From Candidatus Latescibacterota bacterium (GTDB lineage: Bacteria; Krumholzibacteriota; Krumholzibacteriia; WVZY01): 64,000 nucleotides of DNA. The position numbers were made by a program, and so were the translations under genes. Location of the stretch: positions 6,190 through 70,189 of the forward strand of contig WVZY01000057.1 in assembly GCA_011772205.1 (NCBI GenBank), given 5' to 3'. The notes below the pieces were generated by a model. It was not told the DNA's origin. It saw nothing but the letters and a program-made list of their open reading frames with translations, and searched no databases. Every line of letters begins with the position of its first letter. The first letter of the stretch is position 1. This document shows, piece by piece, positions 57,116-64,000 of the stretch.

Positions 57116-57805
57116 TCACCTGTCGCCGCGGCGCTTATGAATCTTCGCGAATACGGACTCGATGGCAGTGAGTCTCCCGCTTTTTTCGATCCGTTTCGCA
57201 AGCATCATCGTCTCGAGGTGCTCGAGGGATCTCATCGTGTCGACGTCGTACCACAGCGGAAGTAAGGATAGACTCAGGTTTTCCGAGGCGATTCGGTCGA
57301 GTGTTTCTCTTAAGACGGTGTCTTCACCCCACTGCACCTTTTCAAAAAGGCTGGGAAACAGTGCCCGCAGTCCAATGAGGTAGTAGCCCCCATCTGCCGA
57401 CGGACCGAGAACGACGTCCTTATGCTTGAGCTTCTGATAGGCGCGCTTGATGGCGCTCAAGGGAATATCGGGGCTGTCCGTCCCGATGATCACGGCGAAG
57501 CTCCCCTCGTCCTCGAGCAGTTTGGCGAATGCATTCTGGAGCCGCTCTCCCAGGTTTGTTCCAACCTGTGGAAGAAGCAGGTAGCCTGCGGGAGAAATCG
57601 CGCGAATCGGCTCGGGATTCTCGCCCGCGTAAAATATCGTTCCCGAGACCTTCTTGATTTTGGCGATCCTCGCAAAGAGATCCTTCAAAAACGCCCCGTA
57701 AAGCTCGCAGGCTTCGCCATTGGAAAGCGGGGGAACGAGCCTCGTTTTCACTTGCCCCTCCACCGGCACCTTCACGAATACGCCCAGTTTCTTATAGTAG
57801 CCCAT
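57116..57805 (-). CDS. DUF2064 / TIGR04282-type glycosyltransferase-like protein
   Basis: K.P..GQVKTRL, Q.G.NLGER, IGTDSP, LGPSADGGYYLIG, DVD. Confidence 0.85.
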   Translation of the reverse strand: MGYYKKLGVFVKVPVEGQVKTRLVPPLSNGEACELYGAFLKDLFARIAKIKKVSGTIFYAGENPEPIRAISPAGYLLLPQVGTNLGERLQNAFAKLLEDEGSFAVIIGTDSPDIPLSAIKRAYQKLKHKDVVLGPSADGGYYLIGLRALFPSLFEKVQWGEDTVLRETLDRIASENLSLSLLPLWYDVDTMRSLEHLETMMLAKRIEKSGRLTAIESVFAKIHKRRGDR

Positions 57806-58397
57806 CGGGAAATCCAGTCTCTGGAACTAAGGGGTTCTTCATGGCGGATATCTCTCATTATAATAAACTCGGTGCCGAGGACAAATTTCAAATTCCTTTC
57901 TCGTAAAAAGAAATACTGCGGAATTTCTCGATTCTGCTGCTGGTTCCTTTGGATCGCAGGTCTTTACATCCTCCAAATATACCTGTTTCGAGCTGGGAGA
58001 GGCCTATGTTTGTCTTGATTTTCGAGGGGATTCAAGTCAATATAAGCATAAGGAACCTGTATGGAATAGGTCCGGCACGGTGTTTGAACTCAATCCCGCA
58101 CTCCTGGTGGCGCTCCGGGTGACAGCAGGATTTCGATCTTATTCCACGGCAAAAGGAATGGCGCACCACGGTATCGGTTCGTATGATTCATCCCTCAAAA
58201 TGACGCTCGTGCAAAATAGAGTATCCACACATATATGGCAATTGTGCTGTGACGCATCGTCGTCCACTCTAATTGCCATAAGCAACGCCGCTGCGGATTG
58301 GTGTTAATATAATCACTCGATTAACTTTTGCAGAATCAGGAGCGAAATCATGCGTGCTTCGGAAACCAGATTGCAAGATGAAGAAGTGAGGCGGACT

Positions 58398-61300
58398 ATG
58401 AGAAGAAAACGAGTCACGATCGACGGGAACGAGGCGGCCGCTTACGTTGCACACAAGACGAACGAAGTAATCGCCATATACCCTATCACACCGTCGTCTC
58501 CAATGGGCGAGTTGTCCGACGCATGGTCGAGTGGCGGGCGTCCCAATATATGGGGGACCATTCCCCACGTGGTCGAGATGCAAAGCGAGGGAGGAGCATC
58601 AGGTGCTGTTCATGGGGCGCTTCAGACGGGAGCTCTCACGACGACATTCACTTCGTCACAGGGTCTTTTATTAATGATACCGAACATGTTCAAAATCGCC
58701 GGTGAGCTGACACCTACGGTGTTCCACATTGCCGCCCGTACCGTTGCAACGCATGCTCTATCGATTTTTGGCGATCATTCCGATGTGATGGCCGCTCGCA
58801 CAACTGGATTTGCGTTTCTCGCTTCGGCTTCCATTCAGGAGGTTATGGATTTCGCATTGATCGCCCAAGCTGCTTCGCTCGAGGCACGGGTTCCTTTCCT
58901 TCATTTCTTCGATGGATTTCGGATGTCACATGAAACATCGAAAATCGAGCAGCTCAGCGATGAAGACATGCTGGCGATGCTCGATGAGGAATTGATCATG
59001 TCCCACCGGGCGCGTGCGCTCTCACCGGATCATCCGGTGCTGCGCGGCTCGGCTCAGAACCCTGATGTGTTCTTCCAAGCGCGGGAAACGGTGAACCCGT
59101 ATTATGCGGCTTGTGCCGATATCGTTCAGAAGGTCATGGATAAGTTCGCTCGTGTCGTTGGGCGTGAATACAAGCTTTTCGATTATTTTGGAGCACCCGA
59201 TGCCGAGCGTGTCATCGCCATAATGACTTCCGGTGGAGAGGCAGTGCACGAGGCGGTCAATGATCTTGTGGATCGGGGGGAGAAAGTGGGAGTCGTAAAA
59301 GTGCGGCTCTACCGGCCGTTTTCGACCCATCATTTTCTCAGCGCAATTCCAAAATCGGTCCGCGTGATTGCCGCGCTCGACCGGACCAAAGAGCCGGGAA
59401 GCGCAGGCGAGCCGTTGTATATGGACGTAGTAAATGCATTCGTCGAAGGCGGCGCTGAAGCTGGATTCAAAACAGCCCCGCGTATCATTGGGGGAAGGTA
59501 CGGGCTCTCCTCCAAAGAGTTCACTTCTGCGATGGCCAAAGGTGTCTTCGATGAAATGAAAAAAGAGAGCCCAAAAAATCATTTCACCATAGGGATCGAA
59601 GATGATGCGACGGGGACGAGCCTGGATTACGACCCGGACTATTCGACCGAGGCGGACGATGTAATTCGTTCCGTCTTCTACGGTCTCGGCTCAGATGGCA
59701 CGGTGAGCGCCAACAAGAACTCGATCAAAATCATCGGTGAGGGAACGGATAACTTTGCACAGGGGTACTTTGTGTACGATTCGCGAAAGGCAGGCTCTGT
59801 GACGATTTCCCATCTACGTTTCGGCCCGCGGCTCATCCGCTCGACGTACCTCGTCAGCAAAGCGAACTTCGTTGGGTGTCACCAGTTTGTGTTTCTCGAG
59901 AAGTACGACGTGTTGGAGCCGCTTGTTGAAGGCGGAACTTTCCTGCTCAACAGTCCGCACGGTCCGGATGAGGTTTGGGACCGCCTCCCGCGCCAGGTCC
60001 AGGAGCAAATGATCGAAAAGAAGGTTCGGTTCTTCGTCATAGACGCCTATAAAATAGCCCGCGAGACTGGGATGGGAGTCATCATCAACACGATCATGCA
60101 AACTTGTTTCTTCGCGATCTCGGGTGTGTTACCCAAAGACGAAGCAATCGCGGCGATCAAAGATTCAATCCTGAAGACGTACGGGGGGAAAGGCGAGGAC
60201 ATCGTCAATATGAACTTCAACTCGGTGGATCGAGCGCTTGAGAATCTGCATGAAGTGCCCTATCCGGACAAAGCAACGAGCAAAATCGAAATTCCACCAA
60301 CGGTTCCGGAAGAGGCTCCAGATTTCGTACGTGAGGTTACCGCACGTATCATCGCTGGAAAGGGCGATGATATTCCAGTCAGCAAAATGCCGATCGACGG
60401 TACGTTCCCATTGGGAACGACAAAATGGGAAAAGCGCAACATCGCACTAGAAATTCCCGTCTGGGACGAGAAAGTCTGCATTCAGTGCGGGAAATGCTCC
60501 ATGGTGTGCCCGCACGGCACGATCCGATTCAAGGTCTACGATTCGAAATGCCTCGACGGCGCTCCTGCTACTTTCAAGTCTACCGATGCGCGGGATAAGG
60601 AGTGGAAGGGGTTGAAATATACGCTCCAGGTAGCCCCGGAAGACTGCACGGGGTGTGGGCTGTGTGTGGATGTCTGTCCAGCGAAAAACAAAGCAGAAAC
60701 AAGGCTCAAGGCAATCAACATGCAACCTCAGGCTCAGCTGCGCGAGCCGGAGAGTGAGAACTGGGAGTTCTTCCTCGAACTACCCGAGATGGACCGGAAC
60801 AATGTCAAGATGAACGTCCGCCAATCCCAGGTTTTTGAACCGCTCTTCGAGTTCTCCGGCGCTTGTGCGGGCTGTGGTGAAACGCCGTATGTCAAGCTCC
60901 TAACGCAGCTATTCGGTGATCGGGCGATCATCGCGAACGCAACCGGTTGCTCTTCGATTTATGGTGGCAATCTTCCCGCGACCCCTTACGCAGCGAACAA
61001 AGAAGGGCGCGGCCCTGCGTGGTCGAACTCGCTCTTCGAGGATAACGCAGAGTTTGGCTTTGGATTTCGGCTGGCCATCGACAAACATGCGGAATTTGCT
61101 ACCGAGCTGGCGAAAAAGCTGAAATCGGAGCTTGGGTCCGAACTGGTCGACGGGCTCGTTAATGCGGAGCAGAAAGACGAAGCGGGTATCTACGAACAGC
61201 GCCAGCGAGTCGCTAAATTGAAAGAAAAGCTCAAAACGATCGATTCCCGCGAAGCCAGGCAGCTCGAGTCCGTTGCTGATATGCTCCTTAAGAAGAGCGT

Positions 61301-61967
61301 CTGGGTTCTCGGGGGGGACGGCTGGGCTTTTGATATCGGCTTTGGAGGTCTCGATCACGTGCTTGCCTCAGGAAGAAACGTGAACGTGCTCGTTCTCGAT
61401 ACCGGGGTTTATTCGAACACGGGAGGCCAAATGTCGAAGGCAACACCCCGTGCGGCGGTGGCAAAGTTCGCCGCGGGGGGAAAACCGACTCCGAGAAAAG
61501 ATCTCGGTATGATTGCCATGACGTACGGCAGCGTATATGTCGCTCAGGTAGCAATGGGCGCCAAAGACGAGCATACACTCAAGGCATTTCTCGAAGCGGA
61601 GGCCTACGACGGTCCTTCGCTCATTATTGCATACAGCCATTGCATCGCTCATGGAATCAATATGACCATGGGTATGCATAACCAGAAGGCGGCGGTTCAA
61701 TCGGGTGCCTGGCCGCTTTACCGCTATAACCCGGATCTTGCTGCAGAGGGGAAGAATCCTCTTGTTCTCGATTCGGCGGCGCCGAAGATCCCCCTGGAAG
61801 AATACATGTACCGCGAGAACCGCTTCAAAATGCTGACGAAGAGCAACCCGAGGGAAGCGAAACGGCTACTGAAAATCGCAAAACAAGAAGTAATGGCTCG
61901 ATGGAAACTGTACGAACACATGGCTTCGATGACGTACGGCTCCGATAGCGATCAGGATGGTGGATGA
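58398..61967 (+). CDS. nifJ: Pyruvate:ferredoxin (flavodoxin) oxidoreductase
   Basis: YPITPSS, EMQSEGGA, GLGSDGT, CIQCGKC..CP, CTGCGLC..CP, GACAGCGE, GGDG. Confidence 0.96.
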   Translation: MRRKRVTIDGNEAAAYVAHKTNEVIAIYPITPSSPMGELSDAWSSGGRPNIWGTIPHVVEMQSEGGASGAVHGALQTGALTTTFTSSQGLLLMIPNMFKIAGELTPTVFHIAARTVATHALSIFGDHSDVMAARTTGFAFLASASIQEVMDFALIAQAASLEARVPFLHFFDGFRMSHETSKIEQLSDEDMLAMLDEELIMSHRARALSPDHPVLRGSAQNPDVFFQARETVNPYYAACADIVQKVMDKFARVVGREYKLFDYFGAPDAERVIAIMTSGGEAVHEAVNDLVDRGEKVGVVKVRLYRPFSTHHFLSAIPKSVRVIAALDRTKEPGSAGEPLYMDVVNAFVEGGAEAGFKTAPRIIGGRYGLSSKEFTSAMAKGVFDEMKKESPKNHFTIGIEDDATGTSLDYDPDYSTEADDVIRSVFYGLGSDGTVSANKNSIKIIGEGTDNFAQGYFVYDSRKAGSVTISHLRFGPRLIRSTYLVSKANFVGCHQFVFLEKYDVLEPLVEGGTFLLNSPHGPDEVWDRLPRQVQEQMIEKKVRFFVIDAYKIARETGMGVIINTIMQTCFFAISGVLPKDEAIAAIKDSILKTYGGKGEDIVNMNFNSVDRALENLHEVPYPDKATSKIEIPPTVPEEAPDFVREVTARIIAGKGDDIPVSKMPIDGTFPLGTTKWEKRNIALEIPVWDEKVCIQCGKCSMVCPHGTIRFKVYDSKCLDGAPATFKSTDARDKEWKGLKYTLQVAPEDCTGCGLCVDVCPAKNKAETRLKAINMQPQAQLREPESENWEFFLELPEMDRNNVKMNVRQSQVFEPLFEFSGACAGCGETPYVKLLTQLFGDRAIIANATGCSSIYGGNLPATPYAANKEGRGPAWSNSLFEDNAEFGFGFRLAIDKHAEFATELAKKLKSELGSELVDGLVNAEQKDEAGIYEQRQRVAKLKEKLKTIDSREARQLESVADMLLKKSVWVLGGDGWAFDIGFGGLDHVLASGRNVNVLVLDTGVYSNTGGQMSKATPRAAVAKFAAGGKPTPRKDLGMIAMTYGSVYVAQVAMGAKDEHTLKAFLEAEAYDGPSLIIAYSHCIAHGINMTMGMHNQKAAVQSGAWPLYRYNPDLAAEGKNPLVLDSAAPKIPLEEYMYRENRFKMLTKSNPREAKRLLKIAKQEVMARWKLYEHMASMTYGSDSDQDGG

Positions 61968-62956
61968 TGGATCTTTCGACGACTTATATGGGAATCGAGC
62001 TGAGAAATCCGCTCGTTCATTCCGCTTCACCTTTAGCGGAGGACCTGGATAACATTCGCCGAATGGAGGATGAAGGCGTTGCTGCAATCGTCATGCACTC
62101 GCTGTTCGAAGAGCAGCTGAGACAAGAAACACGAGAGTTGTATTACCACCTCACTCACGGCACAGAATCCTACGCCGAGTCGCTGTCCTACTTTCCCGAA
62201 CCCGAGGCTTACAGCCTGGGGCCCGAAGAATATCTGGAGCATATCCAAGCGGCGAAGTCAGTCGTATCAATTCCCATAATAGGAAGCCTCAACGGTCATT
62301 CCGCCGGCGGGTGGACGGACTACGCAAAGCGCATCGAACAGGCGGGCGCTGACGCGCTGGAACTCAACATCTATTTTCTTCCCACACATCCGGGAGTTAC
62401 GGGTGCGGAGATCGAGGATACCCATCTAGAGATTTTGAAATCGGTAAAGACCAGCGTTTCGATTCCTGTGGCCGTGAAAGTCAGTCCGTTTTTCAGCGCC
62501 ATGGCCAACATGGCCAAGAAGATGGATGATGCGGGAGCCGATGGCCTCGTGTTGTTCAATCGTTTTTACCAGCCGGACATCGATCTCGAGAATCTCGAGG
62601 TGATTCCAAACGTCCTTTTGAGCACGCCCCAAGCCATGAGGCTGCCGCTGCGCTGGATAGCAATTCTCTACGGCCACGTGAAAGCAAGCCTCGCCGCCAC
62701 CAGCGGCATCCACACCGCACAGGATGTCTTGAAAATGCTAATGGCGGGCGCCAGTGTCACCATGCTCTGCTCTGTTCTGCTGATGAGCGGAATCGGAACG
62801 ATAAAGACAGTGCTCGAGGACATGCGGGTGTGGATGGAGAAGAACGAGTACGATTCGATTCATCTGATGCAGGGCAGCATGAGCCACCGGCGGTGCGAGA
62901 ATCCATCCGCATTCGAGCGCGCCAACTACATGAGAGCGCTCACGCAATACCGGTAA
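61964..62956 (+). CDS. Dihydroorotate dehydrogenase-like flavoprotein
   Basis: LRNPL..SASP, SLFEEQ, PIIGSLNG, ELNIY, PVAVK, LFNRFYQPD, FERANY. Confidence 0.88.
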   Translation: MMDLSTTYMGIELRNPLVHSASPLAEDLDNIRRMEDEGVAAIVMHSLFEEQLRQETRELYYHLTHGTESYAESLSYFPEPEAYSLGPEEYLEHIQAAKSVVSIPIIGSLNGHSAGGWTDYAKRIEQAGADALELNIYFLPTHPGVTGAEIEDTHLEILKSVKTSVSIPVAVKVSPFFSAMANMAKKMDDAGADGLVLFNRFYQPDIDLENLEVIPNVLLSTPQAMRLPLRWIAILYGHVKASLAATSGIHTAQDVLKMLMAGASVTMLCSVLLMSGIGTIKTVLEDMRVWMEKNEYDSIHLMQGSMSHRRCENPSAFERANYMRALTQYR

Positions 62957-63078
62957 AAGGATTTCCGCTCCCAGAATCCTCCCACGTTGCATCAGCGAAG
63001 AATGCCGGAAGCGTTTAGAATGGCGCGAAAAGATTTCATGACGCATCCAACTTGGACTGCACCAATGGGACGGTAGTC

Positions 63079-63294
63079 ATGATTGAGAGAAATACTCTGA
63101 TCGAAGATCTCGTCAGAGAACTTCCAAAAGCTGTCGGCTATTTGAGAAAAAGGGGCATCAAATGCCTCGCGTGCGGGGAGCCTATTTGGGGGACGATCGA
63201 GAGTTCAGGTAAGCAAAAAGGATTCACGGACGAAGAGGTTGATCGGATTGTGGAGGATTTGAGGGCGCTCCAAAAGGGCGGCAATGATCCATAA
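63079..63294 (+). CDS. DUF1858-like small protein
   Basis: I..LV...P....L...GIKCLACG. Confidence 0.7.
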   Translation: MIERNTLIEDLVRELPKAVGYLRKRGIKCLACGEPIWGTIESSGKQKGFTDEEVDRIVEDLRALQKGGNDP

Positions 63295-63326
63295 CGCGCA
63301 GCGCTCTATCCGCGCGCTCGGCGCAT

Positions 63327-63398
63327 TGGTTCGTCACCGTCGTCACGCAGCAATTCTCGCTCGCTCCACGTAATGGTTCGTCACTCTCATCTCGCAGC
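63327..63398. repeat. Imperfect intergenic direct repeat, 47-bp period
   Basis: tggttcgtcaccgtcgtcacgcagc (63327-63351) vs tggttcgtcactctcatctcgcagc (63374-63398), 21/25 identical. Confidence 0.6.
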
Positions 63399-63424
63399 TA
63401 CCGTTTATAAATGGGAGATATCAG

Positions 63425-63934
63425 GTGAAGCCTTTTGAAGAGTTATCTCGTGAGGATTTGATAAAGCTCATCAATGTATACGCCAAGAACTGGCTGGCGC
63501 ATGATGGGTGCTGGTTTTTGGCGGTGGAAGAGAGGTACGGCCTGGAAGAGGCGATAGAATTGGATGCGAATGCGTGGCATCGGTTCGCCGAAATCGAAGC
63601 GACGAGGATAATGAATGCTTTCGATATCCAACTGGGTGGAGGCCTCCAAGCGCTGGAGAAAGTGCTCCAGCACAGGCTTTACGCTGCCATCAACCGGCAA
63701 AACGTGGAATGGGTCGGTGACAAGAAATTTATTTTCAAGATGCTGGAATGCAAGGTTCAGCAGGCGCGCCGCCGCAAGAAGCTCCCTGATTTCCCATGCA
63801 AGCCCGTGGGAATGGTTGAGTTCAGCCGCTTCGCATGGGCCGTGGATCCTCGGATCAAGATGACGTGCATTTCATGCCCGCCCGATCCGGTGGGTGAATT
63901 CTTCTGCGGTTGGGAATTCACCATCGAAGACTGA
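63425..63934 (+). CDS. DUF6125-like protein
   Basis: AKNWLAHDGCWFLAVE, C.VQ.AR, FPCK.VG, CPPD, CGWEF. Confidence 0.72.
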   Translation: MKPFEELSREDLIKLINVYAKNWLAHDGCWFLAVEERYGLEEAIELDANAWHRFAEIEATRIMNAFDIQLGGGLQALEKVLQHRLYAAINRQNVEWVGDKKFIFKMLECKVQQARRRKKLPDFPCKPVGMVEFSRFAWAVDPRIKMTCISCPPDPVGEFFCGWEFTIED

Positions 63935-64000
63935 CCCGACTATCCGCCTCCGGCGGGCGGTCTTTGCATAATTGCCGCGTGATAGGGGTTCTTCACCTGC

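Noticed and set aside
63327-63398. Mini CRISPR array
   Set aside because: Only two imperfect copies, a 22-nt gap, and no cas genes
1-64000. tRNA/rRNA (including tRNA-Sec), IS elements, integrases, prophage
   Set aside because: No recognisable signatures by eye; a divergent small RNA could have been missed

Overview
Gene-dense 64 kb window from a diderm, probably anaerobic bacterium. The PorV-like barrel, FlgD-Ig tail and DUF3078 suggest an FCB-group lineage, but that is inference. Much of the window is housekeeping or metabolic: carbamoyltransferase, LonC-type protease, QueG, aconitase, split class I fumarase, M1 and M28 peptidases, MoeZ, DsbD, and PFOR with a DHOD-like partner. Five things stand out. 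(1) A ~16 kb sigma54-type operon joins a 3209-aa repetitive surface protein, a PorV-like barrel fused to TPRs, a HAMP-PP2C phosphatase, a fused RsbW-STAS protein and an orphan histidine kinase; it is a candidate trans-envelope partner-switching system. (2) A probable selenoprotein is split in the ORF track: a DUF1573 protein with in-frame UGA in its CGC motif, next to a TlpA-like redoxin. (3) A porin-cytochrome cluster (decaheme, beta-barrel, octaheme lipoprotein) is flanked by decayed cytochrome remnants. (4) An HgcC-like AbrB regulator is paired with arsM under a repeat-covered promoter. (5) A candidate Na+ (DUF1646-type) riboswitch lies before an APC-USP transporter. No rRNA, tRNA, CRISPR array or transposase was recognised. 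All family assignments come from recognising motifs by eye; no searches were run.
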